A program made the translations under genes and the position numbers. A stretch of 64,000 nucleotides of DNA from Podarcis bocagei (lineage: Eukaryota): assembly GCA_964188305.1 (NCBI GenBank), contig OZ076890.1. One strand, given 5' to 3'. Positions 10,521 through 24,921 of this stretch are shown piece after piece. Under the pieces are notes generated by a model. It was not told the origin of the DNA and did not search any database. It saw nothing but the letters and a program-made list of their open reading frames with translations. Numbering within the stretch: the first letter of the stretch is position 1; each line of letters begins with the position of its first letter.

Positions 10521-12995
10521 AACAAAAAGCAAACTCAAAGCAGCTTACAATTGAAAAGCGCATAGGTACAAATGCCCTCACACCAGATCCTTTCTGACAT
10601 TTTCCTTAACAGGTACTGTAACAAGCAAACTTTCCAGGGTTTCCTTTTTTACATATTTTTAAAGCAAACCATAGTAAGTAGATTCAAACCCGTTTTCTGA
10701 TTTACCTATATCACACTATATGTTGTGGCTATGAAACATCCCCTGGCTCTGTTTCCTTTTGCATATTTCCTTTATGGGCCTGTCAATCGAAACTACCTCA
10801 TGGCCTTAATAAACAGAGAGAGGGTTTGGAAAGCATGTAATGTTCATGTGACTCACCTGAAGAGGCGGCTACAGTAAATCTAAGCATGGCAATTAATTGC
10901 TCATGCAAATTGCAAAATGGTAAGGTTAAAGAGTTCGTGTGTGCTAAAGCATGAAGAGAAGATTTATAGAGAAAAGTGGAGTATGTGTTTCTGTGTATAA
11001 ATTTAAACATGAAGCATGCAGTTCAGTAATGTGCCAAACTCTACCCACAGATTATAAAACCTAAATGCACCCTGAAAAGCAACTTTTGGGAATTTAACTA
11101 AAGCATTCCTTTCAAAGAAAAATATGTACCTGGAACCACTAAGCTGTTTGACATTCACAGGTCATCACTTGCAAAAGTTGCAATTGTCAAATGATGAACA
11201 TGCATGTACAGACATTGAATACTGGGAAGCAGATGCTTCTATGCACCATTTTCAGTCCCAAGTGGTGCAGCAAGAAAACTGCTAGCACATTTGCAAAGCT
11301 AAGCAGGGTCTGGTATGGTTTCAAATTGGATGGGAAACCACGAGTTTCCTGCAGTGCAAAGGGTTGATTGAACTTGATGACCCTCAGGGACCCTTTCAAC
11401 TCTACAATTATATGATTCTAATTTCCATGTTTTGGTACAAATCAAGCACCTACAGCACGGGAATAGAAATGTACTGGCTTCAATCATCCAAAACTGCCAT
11501 TTCACTGAGTGGCAGTCAGGGGTGAGGCCAATGGATGCAATCCTAATCTGCTATATACATATTGGCTATCTCCCTTTTTGGTTGACTGAACACTATTATG
11601 GCGGAATAAATATTGAAGTTTTATTGTGTGAGTTGTTTCTTTAAATGTTGCAGTGGATGGATTTAAAAATGAGGCCTGTGCATGTCCAAAAAATATGAAT
11701 GAAATGTGAAAGGAAAGTTGTTGCCTGTTTGTCCACAGACTTTGCTTTTGATTGGAGAGATCCTGTGCACATCTGTTACTCTTCCAGACCAAGAATGATC
11801 CCATCTAAAAGCTCATAAGGAGATCAAGCTGAAGTTATTTTACCTCAAAGCTTCAGCAACAGAGCTGCTCCAGTGCAGATCTACACAAAACAGAAGTGTA
11901 ACTTGTTTAGGACCACACTGAACTTCCTTTTACTGGGAACCATGACAGATTCATGTCACAGAATGTATTCAACTTTTCACTTTTTAGTTCATGAGACTTT
12001 AATTAATCTTAAAACATGTTATTTCACTTTCCTAAAATCCATCCACAGTTTGTATTCAACTAGCTTTTATTCAGAGTACACCCACTGAAATTAATAAAAA
12101 TAAAAGCCTAACAGAACTTCTCCAGCTTTTATTTACAAAATTATAGACAATCATTAATTTAGGACAGTCATAATGTGCTTTGGCATAATACACAATATTG
12201 TACATGGAAAGGCAATATTTGCAGTAACAAGTGCTAACAATATCTGAAAGATAAACATGCATGTATTAAAAATTATGGCACATGACAGACGTTTACATTT
12301 ATTAGCATGTCAGATAAGAGTTATCTGGAGCCTTTGCTCCATACTTTGCCCAGATGCACACACAATCTTTTTTAGATTTGCCCAGAGGGAGAAGGTCAAT
12401 AGAGAACAATTGAGTATGTGTGAAAGTCTGTCTGTCTCTAACTAACCCATGTAGCTGTAGAATTAATGAGAACAAAGGGCTGAGTTAGGCGAGCATCATT
12501 ATTTGTGCATTTATTTAACAGATTTCTAACCCACCTCTCCTAACACACTTACCATCCAACTTCAAAGCTTCCTGCTCGAAGCAGGGATAGAAGAGTATGG
12601 CTGGTGTGCCCAGCTCTTTTGCCCATCCATTGGGGTAGAGGTGCCAACTTGTGCAGAGGTCTGAGGGGGCCGATGGCGCACGTGTGACATCGGGATGTGG
12701 CACGAGGTGCATAAGAAGGAGCCAGGGTGTGGAGCCGAATGCAGCGGCAGCATGGCCTCAATGGCTGGTGGCTGCTCCTCTCTCTCGCTCAACCTCCTCT
12801 TCCTGCCACCCCCACCAGCAGGGGGCTGCTTTTCCCATCTTTCCCTTACACAGCAGGGGGAAGAGGAGGAGCTGCTGGCCACTGAAGCTGCACTGCACCA
12901 CTCTTGGCTCCATGTTCAGCCTCCTCTTCCTCCTCCTGACATTAGCCAGGAGCTGCTTCCTCTCTCAGTATAAGGCAGCTCCAAATGTTCCATGG

Positions 12996-13133
12996 AGCAA
13001 AGCTTTTTTTCAGCCAGAACCAGACGGAACTCAGTTCCGGCACCTCTCAGGTGGACACCATTGCCATCATAAGAGAACAAGGGAGGTGTTCATGGTGAGT
13101 TCTGGCACCTCTTTTTCTAGAAAAATAGCACTG
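12996..13133. mobile_element. hAT-like MITE
   Basis: Ends ..gctttttttc / gaaaaatagcactg with repeated gttc(c/t)ggcacctct subterminal motifs; a related fragment lies near 20750-20830. Confidence 0.55.
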
Positions 13134-13508
13134 AGTTTAAGAACTCTTGAGGAGGTCACTTCTGGGAGAGTGCAAATTACAAATTATGGTAGGGATACAA
13201 ATGGCACACTGTGGAACTGAAATATGCCACCCAAGTAGTCACATTCTGGTTTCCTCAAGGGCAGCCACACAGAGTTTATGCAGAATAATATTGATCCGTT
13301 TTGATATTCTGTTACATGTGATCAGTGTGTCATGGGCCACAAGTAGGCTGTAGCTTTCACATCCTGAAACACAACACCTACATGGCTCCATGACATGCAA
13401 TGTTTTTGTGTAAGGTCCCCTGAGTAGAGTAGCTTGACAGATGCTTTTTAAACATGGAATATTCACAAGCCAATAGTGGCATAGCCTAGATTTCTCCTTT
13501 GCCTTCTG

Positions 13509-13889
13509 CAGACCCTCCAAGTGTCCCTGTTTTCCAGGGATGTTCCTGATTTAGAGAAGCCGTACTGGTTTCTGATTTCATCCCAGAATGTCCTGCTTTT
13601 CCTTAGGATGTCCCTATTTTCATTGGAGAAGTGTTGGAGGGTATGGTAGGATGTCCCTGTTTTCATGGGAGAAATATTTGAGGGTATGGAGTTATCTGAC
13701 CCCTAAGTCATCTGAAGACAATCCTGTATAGTGAAGGGTTTTTTTAATGTTTAATGTTTTATTATGTTTTTTATATGGTGGAAGCTGCCTTGAGTGGCTG
13801 AGTTCAGCATGTGTGGGGTATAAATGGTAAAATTATCATGATGGAATGGGATGTCCCTATTTTCATCAGACAAATGTTGGAGGGCATGC
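13509..13889. mobile_element. Non-autonomous DNA element with ~42-bp internal repeats
   Basis: Terminal cagaccctccaa / ttggagggcatg; three copies of gatgtccct(a/g)ttttcat..ag..tgttggaggg(t/c)atg. Confidence 0.55.
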
Positions 13890-15405
13890 TTCTAATGAAA
13901 TCTGCCCTTGAACAGTGTAGTCAGATAATCTATGTGTTCTTTGGGGCGGGAGAGAGGAGACTATGCCACACCTTGACTCAAATCAAGGATCAAAGTGAGG
14001 AAGCTCTCCTGCTGCTATTACATCATAATGAGTACGAGAACCTTGCATGATTGACCACAATGAACTGCAGTTCTGTAAATCCTTTAGCTGCATGTTAAAG
14101 AAACAGAGGATGTGGTCAGGAGGTGGAGAGGGAACTGAAATAGAACAGAAGAACTGGGGCCTTGATTGCTCACTTGAGATGATAAACCTGTGTGAGAGGT
14201 GAAAACTTTTGGTAATTACGGGTTGGTGGTGTTCATTTAAGCCCTGAAACCTGGAGGTGATGGGGTGCATCGAAAATAGTTTGAAAATTTTCACCCAGGC
14301 AGGGGATTTATGTGACAGCAGCTGATGCTAGTGGTGTCCTCTGTCTTTTTCTATATTAAACGAAGCCTCTACTTACAATTTACTTTGGGATCTGCATAGC
14401 CATACACAAGCTGTTTTCTATAAAACAATTTTCTATAAAACTCTTACAGGATAGGCTGATAGGATGGGACTCTAATAACCTTACCTGACAATCACGAAGG
14501 GGTTCTTTTTTATTAAATGCACCCAGGGGAGGAATCAGTGGAGAGTACATTTCCCTTTCCTAATCCTCTTGCTACAGCAATTAAGTAAACAGTCCCATAT
14601 CTAGAGAGCTTCCAGATTGTCACTATTTTTTGAGTGGGATTGAAACATGTATCAGCAAATTCAGAATGCACACTTATAATTGAGCGGTATTGCATAACAA
14701 ATATGCTTCCCCAAACGACTGGACTTTTTGAGATAAGGAAAGTGCGGGATACCACTTGCAATGTCACCTATCTTCTCTGCAAACAAATCAGAATAAATGC
14801 TCATTAAGTAGCCAACTGTTGTCTAATCTTCTTGCAAATAAATCAGAGCAAATGTTCAATAAACAGATCATGTGGAATCACTCAGAGCCTTGCATATTCC
14901 GAGCATGTATGAGACAAGAGGAAGAAAGGAGAGGACAAAGGGCAGAAGGCCAAACTCCATTGCAACGTCACTGCAATATGAGCTCTCAGAGCTATCAGTG
15001 TCACACAGCTCCTGAAAGAAATGATTGATTGCATCCTAGAGATTATAAGTCTAGAGCTTTGTGGCTGTATTGGGTGCTATCAGGATTTCTGCTTGAAGTG
15101 TTAGATTAATAGGAGGCAACTGCTTGATCAAGGATAATACAGGGTGTTATTTCAAAACATGGTGTTTTCACTTTGGACTCAGGAAATTAATATAAATAAG
15201 GGTTCAACTACAGGCAATGAACCTGATGCCACTGTATAAATCACTTGGCCAATCAACTGGAAATAGGCAAAACAAAAAGGCTTTGAACAGGGCATCTAAG
15301 ATAAAGAGAGTGGAAGCCTGACAAATGTGCCAGGGGAGGCAATTCCATAGATGAAGTCCAATCACAGAAAAGGAACAATCCCTAGCAGGCATCACTTCAC
15401 CATCT

Positions 15406-15557
15406 CCACACCATATATTTAAAGCACATGACTTCTCCCAAAGAATCCTGGGAACTGTAGTTTGTTGAGGGTGTTAGGAATTATAGCTCTGTCAGAGATA
15501 AACTACAATTCCCAGGTTTCTTTGAGGAAAACCATGTGCTTTAAATATATGGTGTGG
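15406..15557. mobile_element. Palindromic MITE
   Basis: ccacaccatatatttaaagcacatg..catgtgctttaaatatatggtgtgg long inverted arms. Related copies at about 20070-20560 (with a nested hAT MITE at about 20223-20374) and about 21935-22030. Confidence 0.75.
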
Positions 15558-16489
15558 GTGTGACTTCACACTTAATGATGGAGGGTCTCAGCAGAAGAAC
15601 TTAACATATGTCTGTGTGGACATAATGCCATGCTAAGAACGCTAGAAATCTGGCAGCTTGAGAATTAGACTACAAGTAGGAAATTATGGTTGTAACTCCA
15701 TTTTAGCAAGCTTCCCTGCCCCTGGGGACTTCGTTACCTTTCAACCTCAGTTCTCCATGTATAGAGAACCCGGAAGATTAGCCTCACTCAGACTTTGTAA
15801 GTATGAATGAGATAAGAACGGCAATAAAGTTCAGGTACTAAAACGTTTGCTTTTATTTGTAATGATCACCTTGCGTGAGAGCAAGGCAAAATGGAGGGAT
15901 ACACAAAGCACGCCTCGGAGGGCAAAACAAGCTGAGCCTCGTTGCAGAGAACTTTTGGCGTTTAGGTTGCTTTCCTCATGGCACTGCTGGCAAAGCGAGC
16001 TCCACCAAAAAACGATCCCACGGCGGTGGAGAAACAGATCCAAAGCGAAGAAAAACTTCCCTCAGCCCTTTCCTCATCGCACGCACAACATGCCAAGGCA
16101 GAGAAAGGCATTGGGCTACATCCAAACTTTGCATACTTCACCCATCTCCTCTGTTCTCTGGCCAGCACTCCACCTTAGTGACTCACTGTGCCAGTCTATG
16201 CTGCTTCACAATCTGCTTTCTTCCACCTCCGCATGCAATAGAAGAGTGATTCATAGGAGTTTTGGCATACATGAAGAGTCTTTGGGTTTTGATCTGATGG
16301 GCCACCAAATGGAGAACGTGATTGAAATATACCAGGCGTATAGTGCATGGGGGCACAATTTATGCATTTGTTGAATAAGAACTCTCATTGTGTTCATTAA
16401 CATACTGATGGTAATAATGGGTTTTAGAACATTCAAGGCACTTCCTGTGACACGTTATCTTGGTAAACCTTACAAGAAATAAATCAGTA

Positions 16490-17044
16490 TTGTAGTTGGG
16501 GACTAAGGCACACGAGTTAGTAAAGTGAGGGTTTTTATTTTTCTAGTGGGGTAGGCTGTATTCCTGAGTCCCTTCTAATTTCCAAATCCAACAAGGATTC
16601 AAGTGTTGGACTAGCCAGGCAAGGTTCATGATAATGGCCTAAGTAGGAGCCAATGATTAAGGTAACAAAGGAAGTGGCTGTGTGCAGAAGACAAATGGGT
16701 GGGCCTTCCTCAACTCTCTGGTAGTTAGAAAGACAAAAGCCAGAGTCAAGATGTGTGAGCTAGAAGCTAGACACTGGAAGAAGGCTGGGCAGCTGGGAGA
16801 CAGAGCCGTGCCTGATTTCTTTTGGAAAGTAAGGCTGTGGCTATGGGGAAAGCAAGACCCTCTTGGAGTGTTAATGGTGTGAGCCGCTACAGCATAGGCT
16901 CAGGTTGTATATATGTGTAAATAAACCATATATAAAAGACACCACAGTCTCTGCTTTCCCTCCTTCCAAGGAAATTGAACCCTGGGTAGGCACCTGGATC
17001 CCTTGGAAACTTGCACCACTCAGAGATTGTGGTGGCATGCAACA
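16490..17044 (+). mobile_element. Solo LTR-like repeat (left boundary approximate)
   Basis: AATAAA at about 16920 and ends ..gcatgcaaca; homologous to an inverted copy at about 53179-53780. Confidence 0.55.
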
Positions 17045-20000
17045 TTATCTCTTTCAAAATTTGATTCTGGAAGAACATAAAATGCTGCAGGCAATGGAAT
17101 TGTATTTACTTAGAGAATAAGCCTACCAGAGTTCTGATCATTGCCTTAGCCTTGAGGAAGCATCTTAAGAGGAAACAGTTTTGTTCATAGTCAGCCTTTG
17201 AGCTCTTCGCCAAAGATGATGTCAACTGTTTAGAAAACTGAAATGAGGCCACCACACATTCAAAGAGATTGTGTGATGTTTGTCATTCAGGGCAACATTT
17301 GTAGCCGTTATCTACTCCTGCAAATAAATAAGTTTCAACGGTTATGTCGGAAATGGTCTGTTTTCTTTCACTCATTTAAAGATGTACTACATGGGTAGTT
17401 GTTACAAAAGACAACTTTTAAGCCATACTGAATAAATCAGTGTTAATATGAGTGCCGTTACTGTATCACCTTGCCAAAGATTTCCAACTGGTCTTCAGAG
17501 ACGGCTTTGAAGAGATTTTTTGAAATTCCATAGGCTTAGGTGATGGCTAAATATGTAAATATGTAATTCATGCCAAGTCTCTTGATTTTGACAAGTTCAA
17601 TCACAGGGATACTTTGAATTCTACTTTGTGTATTTCTTGTTGAATATGTAGACCTCGGCTGGTGAACCTCTGCTCCTCATCGTGCTGCTGGACTTCAAGT
17701 CTGATCATTATTGACCATCTGTCATGCTGGCTGGGACTGGTGGGAGCTGGAGTCCAAAGACCGCTGGAAGGCAGCAAATTAGCCAACTGCGATATAGTTA
17801 ATGTTGGTCTTCAAATAAAAGAGTTTATGTAAAAGTTGGAGACATGCTATTTTGAGGGAAGATTTAAATTGTGGTGTATGCAACAAAATCATGAGCATTC
17901 CACATCATAAAGCAGCAAAAATGGGTAACTTGTGGCATGCCAGATCTTGATGGAGTCCGCTCCCATCAGCCCCACCCACATGGCCAATGGTCAATGATGA
18001 TGAGAGATGTAACCCAACAACATTTGGAATGCCATAGGTTCCCGTTCCTGACATAAAGGCTTCATCTTCTAAGCAGTTGGACAAGCACTGAAATATGATG
18101 TGGAGATTAGAATCAAAGGGAGGAGACAGTCTGCAAGAGTACAAGTTGTAGAAGATATTGTTTCTCCTGAGGATCCAGACACTGACGATTAATGGAGCAT
18201 AGCTCCAAGACTCTTGTCCATAATCCACATGGGCCCTGAACTGAGCCATGCCTGTTGCAACTCTCAACACTTTTAAAAAGAAACTTGACTTTTTGCAGTT
18301 AGGAAAGTAATGGGGAACTGTATTGAGAAGTGCGGAATGAATGAACAAATGATTAAAGGGAATACATCGAAACACCCCACAAGCAAATTAGGATGAATGT
18401 CAACCTAATCAGAACAAATGCTCAACAAATATTGTATATAATATAACCTCCATGTAAGTTGCGTGCAAACAAATAAGGTTAAACACTCAATAAATAGGTC
18501 ATTTGGAGGAGCCATAAACTAATCCAACTGCATTTAAGTTTTGCATTTTAGGTACCACTTAAGCAATAGCATCAGTGGGTGTTGGTTCCTCTTGCTTTCT
18601 AAGTTAATTGAGCTATCGCTTCGTTTGATCATAGCTCATGTGCCATGTTCTTTAGCTGCAATCCTTAGCATACTTGCTTATTTGAAAGTTAAGACACTGA
18701 AATCAATGGAAAATCAATGGGACTTCAGAGTAACCTTATTAAGTGATAGGGTGTAACACAGGGATTTATTGAGTGTTATAGATGCTAACTACAAAGACTT
18801 GGATAAGATCAGCTGTACCATACTCTGATGGGCCATATAAAGAATAATCATGAGAGAAGATAATAGCAGATAATGACTGTTCCAGCAGAGGAATTGACCA
18901 ATCTAAAGAGAAGAGTGGGAGAAGAAATTGACTGGGGTGGCAAGCGCTAGGAAAACTGCCAGTTAATTAAAGAGCTGTAAGTGGCTATAATTAAGCATGA
19001 CAAGAAGGGGAGAGGTAATTTGCAGGCAGTAAACTAGGCCATAACTAGCAAAGAGCCTGGGGGCCCTTTAAATGAAATATGACATCAACACGAACATTGA
19101 ATCAACCAAAACAGATGCCATCAATTTTACATGTTCACGGATCTTTAGCATAGCTACATCTTTAGCAATGGACATTAATTATTTTCCTGTGGTGCTTTAG
19201 ACATAGGAATTGATTTCTAATGAGAATTTATTTCCCATTAGAGTAGATAACCACACGCAAAGTACCCTTGGCATATACATAAATGTATTTTCCTTTATGC
19301 TTTACCAAATACATTGGCTCTCACAAATCGAATAGGCTCAAACTAGGGTGGTATCCAAGTGGACGTTTTGAAATCAGTAGATAAGTTACTTAAGTTCATG
19401 AGGACAGGTGGGTTTACCACAAATATGACTACCATTTGGATATCACTCCTAAAACTTTAGTTTAAGCTTTAGGGGTGACTGAACTTCCAATTAAAGCCTG
19501 CAGCTCTCACATTAATCTTTTCTATGTGAGATGTAAAAATATGGGAAGGACTTGAAGTAATATTCCCAGATTGTGAAATTATAGTGCAAAAGTGATTTCA
19601 TGATTCAAAATCAAAACAATCATGTGAATTTTAGAGCTATCAACCTATTAAAAAGAATTATGACCAATCATTTCCATTTTAGTCAATCAACGTTGAAGTG
19701 TTTAAAATAATAATTGTAAGACAAATAAAATTAACTTACAATTTTAATAAAAATATTCTCACTCGTTGTTAGAAGGAAATGTCATCCTTAATATTTCCTT
19801 TCTAAGCTTCCTATTACATTAGCACCCTAGAACCAAAACCATAAAGTATGCTTATGTCTAGTTCCTCTAGATATGCCAATACCAGAAAAGAACTATTAAT
19901 TTTCTGACTTTTCAGTCAGTTCCCAGAATGCTTTGAGTATGAGACAGAATGTAGGGCGGGTTGCCAAAATTTTAACTTATGCCCGCAGCATTTTAACTCA

Positions 20001-23000
20001 AAGTGCACACTTACATGTTCCCAAATTTTGCCTCAGAGTGCCATTTCACGTGCTAATGCATTGGGGGCAGAGGCCACATTTACACCACACAGTTAAAGCA
20101 CTCTTATACTACTTTAAACATTCATTGCTTCCCTCAAAGAATCTTGGGGACTGTAGCTTGTTGAGAGTTGTTAGGAGACCCCTATTCCCCACATATAGCT
20201 ATGGTTCTCAAAGTAGCTTAACCAGTCCTTTTTTATTGGGGGGTAGATGACAGGGGTACGCATACCCCTAAACATTTTATGAATTTAGGTTTGGCCTCAC
20301 TGAGGGGCAGAATTTCAATATGAGTAGAAAAATGAGAGTGCCGCTAAACATTTTTTAAGGGGGGAAAAAGCACTGAACTGAGCTTAACAACCAATCCCTC
20401 TTCCCAGGGAATTCTGAGACCCATAGCTCTGTGAGGGGGATAGGGGTCTCCTAAGAATTGTAAGCACCCTTAACTATTGTTCCCAGGATTCTTTGGAGGA
20501 AGCATTGACTGTTCAAACTCATATAAGAGTGCTTTAGATGTATGGTGCAGATATGGTGTGTGTGCAGAAAGGTGCTTCCTCCATACTTGTCCCACACAAG
20601 CTTCATTGGGCAAGGCGGGTGATGTGGAAATTCTGTGGTGGTGGTGGTGGGAATACCTGTGAGAATTGCCGGAACACCCATGTCTCTGTGGAGCTCTTTT
20701 GCCCTCTGTGAGGGAATACAAGCACTGGGTCCACCCATGTTTTTTTCCGCTGCCATGAGCTTAGGAACACATAATAGTTCTGCCTCTGCTGGAGCTCAAC
20801 TGGAGTCTGCTCCTGGCCCATTCTTCACCCTACCTTCTGGTCCTCCAAAACACTATGATTTTCAGTTTGGGGAATTCAATCCTGACAGTATTTTCTACCA
20901 CTGATTAAAACGGGCCTGCCTTTGACTTTCCGGTTCCGGTCTTCCTTAATGGAGGCAGCTCCCACGACAGCAGATCCTTGGCAAAGGAAAAACAAGGATG
21001 ATTGAGGGTCATTATCCTAGCTAGTCCCATCCCCCCCAGGGACAGGGAGGAACGGGCTTCACTCGCAGTTCATCTCAATACCTGGCTCTCGCTCCAGCAT
21101 GGAATGTGGGAGGCAGGGAGGTGCTGAGTGCAAAAGCACTTCGCCTGACGATAACCCTCCTATGCCGCCACCAAGAAGCAGAGGTACTCCTGTTAATTAG
21201 AGCTTAATTTGGACTAATGTACAGGCACGTGCTAGAAAAGATGAGATCACAAGCTGCGGAATGGATCCAGCTGCAAGGTTGTTAAGGTTTGAACTTCAGA
21301 GAAGACTTCATTTGGTGTAAAAGACGGGGGGGAGGGAGCCTACTGTTTCTCTATACAAGGTTTTTTTTCTTTACATTTATGATTCGGCAACCTTCCCTGG
21401 AATGTTAGTTCAATTTATGTATGTGCAAGTGAGGAAAGAGGGCATGGGATTGCAGATTTGGATTTTATACATTAAATGGAACTGTGCATGCAAAAAAAAA
21501 GGGAAAAGGGAGAGATGCTTTATTTTGCAAAAGACATATATATATATTTGTTCACATCTATTACTACACAATGGAATACACAGCAGTGCCTGTGGAATTT
21601 CCAGGTGGCCTGCCATTTGGTCGCTGACATCCAACTGCACAATTTTTCTTCAGGCCATGTTCTGATGCTCATAATTTGGGAAACTGTCATATTATTATTT
21701 ATTATCGTACATTTCTTACCCACCCAGAGGACAGGCAAGAAATCTAATAAATAAGATCAAAAGCTGCTGTTTCCTTATAGGGCTCAGCCTGCTCTGCCAC
21801 ACCTGAAGACATCAGAATCTGAAACAATTAATTTATCAGAATAATATTATGAACAAGGTATGGAACTGTAACAGGTAGATAGACAGCTCTAACAAGGCTC
21901 CACTGTGAAAAACTATTCAAATTGTGCTTTCGCATCCACATCATACATTTAAAGCACTTATCCCGCCCCACCTGCATGGAATCCTGGGAACTCTAGTTTG
22001 TTAAGAATGCTGGGAATTGTAGTTCTGCAAGGGAAACTGCTTGCAGGTTTCCCACGGACATCTGGTTGGCCACTGTGAAAATGGAACACTAAACAAGATG
22101 GACCATTAGCATGATCCAGAAGGCTCTTCTTAGGTTCTTTTGTTCAAGTATTTTAGTTTAACTGGGACATAGGTCAGAAGTGAATTAAGCCTACAGAAAT
22201 AAAGGTTAAAGGGAGGCATAGGAAGAGTGTAAATATTTAAACAGTTGCTTTCCAGATGAAATGTTTTGTGCTCTGTTGACACAAAGAATAGGGTAAGAGG
22301 CTTTTATTATAGGAAAGTATCTTTATGTTAGACATTAGGGAAACTTTTAAATCCTATTTTATCCTTAGACAATGGAACAAAGGGACATTGTAGCATTTTC
22401 TTCATGGGAAGGTTTTCCCAGAAAGGTCAGCTTGATACATATTCCGGTATTGGTGTAGTAAATATTTTTTCAGGGTGAGGGATTGGTTCTGACGATGCTT
22501 AAAGATAACTTCCTGTGTATGATGAGAAAAATGTTGCATTGTAAGAGTAGCTGATTGGTAGGAAGGTGCCTCTTTGGTGGAAGAAGGACCAAAGTCTCCA
22601 GCCTGAGATCAAAACAATGGACCTGTGCAATAGTATAAAACAGTTGCCGCACTGCCAGTTAAATGGCACTAAAGGAGCTTCTCTAGTTATTGAAACAGTG
22701 CAAAGCTGTTGTAAATTGATATGATTGAAATACGTTCATCAAACTGAACAAATGTATATGTACTTACTGATTTTGCATAATCCATCCTGTTAATCATGCA
22801 AAGAGACAAATGCCTGCATATATACAATAACTCTGCCGACTAGCCAGCAGGAATCATGCTTGGCAACCGTAGGTTTTTAAGATTTTGTGAAGCATTGACT
22901 ACATATTTTCAAGATACATCCTCAAGGACTACAATTTTGGAATTTAAGAAGGGGAAGGTGGGGGAACACTGAGATTCTCAAGGTGCTGTTCTGTACCAAT

Positions 23001-23185
23001 TCCTAAATGCTCTGTTCATCTACCAGATTATAGACAACCTTTGTTATCACTTGGAAAAGGAAAAGTTATTTGTCCAATGTTATGTCAAAAAGCCCAGATT
23101 ATTGAATTTGTACCCTTAAGAAGGCCTGGATATCAGCAAAACAGTCAGCCAAATCATGAGACGCCAATGCTATTGATTAAACAAC

Positions 23186-24921
23186 TTTATTCCAAAATGT
23201 ATATCAGATATTACAAGAATAAGCTCTGCTTTGGAGATAACATTGCTCCAATTATTTGTCTACAAGACATACTTGGTCAAACAATATGATCAGAATAACT
23301 ATGGAAAAGATATGCAATGCAGAATAGTCACTCAGGAAACAGTAAATGTACAGAGGGAGTAGACTTAAAAGCATGCTGCATAATTGTATAAGCAAATAAC
23401 TATATAAATGTATTTAATATGTTTTATCTACATTATCTGAAATACTAATTTGAAAATTGTCAACAACAACAAAAATAGTTACTACCATTCTTAAAACATT
23501 AATACTTGACTGCCTACGATACCTATGAGGTAAAAACAATACAATAGAATTAAATTTCTGCAAAGCCCTGAGAAATACTTTTCTCAATTCAAAAGCAGAG
23601 AGACAAATTCAGCATATGAACATAAGACAAACCCTGATGGATCTTCCCAAGGGTTCATGTAGTCCAGCACCCTATTTCTAACCATCGTCAGACATATGCC
23701 TCTGTGAATGTCATATGCAGGGCATGAAGCAATGATACCCACACCCTGTTTCTTTCCAGGCAACTGACATTCTGAAGATGAGGTTTCCACCTCCCATCAT
23801 CCCTGACCACTGGACATGGTGTCTGCAAAGGCTGATGGGACATTTTTACTGAGCTATCCATCACAATGCCAAGATTTCCTTTACAATTTACTCTGAGGTC
23901 AGCAAATTTAGATCCCATCAGGGTATATGTGAAATGGGATCTTTCTGCCCAAGTGTAAATCACTTGACAATTACACTGAATCTCATTTGTCATTTTCTTG
24001 CCTGTTTGGAGCTCTTTATTCAAACTAATTTGGTGTCATTTGGAAATCCAGTTACTAATATACTCAAGAACATGCTTAATCCCTTATCTGAAACGCACAG
24101 ACGAAGAACCAACTTTAACCTCTCTATAAATGCTTCTTATTAAGTTAGAAATTCTGAAATAAGAAGTGGGAAAATATATAATGGTGTGCAAATCAAATGT
24201 TACTCCAATTAAATGTAAAGAGAATAATTTAAAAATGGGGGGGGGGATAGTCCAAAATGTTTTCTTTTCTTTTTTTAGTTTTCATAAACTGTTGCTGGAA
24301 AACTGGAGATGATAAATGTTCCCTTCATAAATTAGTCTGCAAGGTGACTAACACAGGTATCAACTCCCTCAACAAAAACATACCTATAAAAGCCATTAAA
24401 TGCTTATAAAAACTTTACTGAATTCTACACAGAATTCTCAAATTTAAAAGTTAAAAAATTGTTTTGTCCTGTATCAAACTGCAACAAACTATTGCAATTC
24501 GAAAATCACAAAGCATCCTATACATAGTACTGCATAAAATAAAACACGTATGATATAAATGTTTACTTGCAAAATGTTATGTTAGTATTCTTAAAAAGCT
24601 TATGTTTCATGTAATGAACAACAGCTCTAGAGTGTTTAAGTTTCTTTTTGAAAAGTAACAATTATTCTTGCCTGATATTTGTTACACTACTGTTGTAAAG
24701 TCAGTTAAATGGACCAGCTCAGACTGATCCAAACTACCTGGGTATGAAACATTCCCATCTGGTTCAGAAGTGTTGCCATTAACCCACTATATAATAGTAA
24801 ACAAGATATTTTTGTTTCATAGAAACAACTAACATTTGCCTCCACTGGACAAATGGTCTATTTACAGTAACATTGGCTGCCTAACTGACAGCGAGCGTAG
24901 GTCATCGTTCACTCATGGAGC
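23186..24921 (-). other. NFKBIZ: NFKBIZ 3'UTR (putative), with candidate AATAAA at 24015-24020 and 23186-23191
   Basis: Follows the stop codon; AU-rich; minus-strand AATAAA hexamers. Contains repeat fragments at about 23610-24010. The true 3' end is not verified. Confidence 0.6.
24786..24891 (-). promoter_or_regulatory. NFKBIZ: Proximal 3'UTR stem-loop cluster (Regnase-1/Roquin-type element)
   Basis: Hairpins CUGUC-AGUUA-GGCAG (24877-24891), CAUUUGUC..GGCAAAUG (24833-24855), UUGUUUC-UAU-GAAACAA (24812-24828) and ACUAU-UAU-AUAGU (24786-24798). Two have pyrimidine-purine-pyrimidine triloops. They closely resemble the mammalian NFKBIZ proximal 3'UTR as recalled. Confidence 0.8.

Noticed and set aside
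12515-13220. GC-rich overlapping ORFs up to 189 aa
   Set aside because: Low complexity, no recognisable domain or splice structure, and they run into a MITE; probably TE-derived.
15847-16374. 175-aa ORF in a mildly CpG-rich block
   Set aside because: TTG start and no recognisable homology. It could be regulatory, but nothing supports that.
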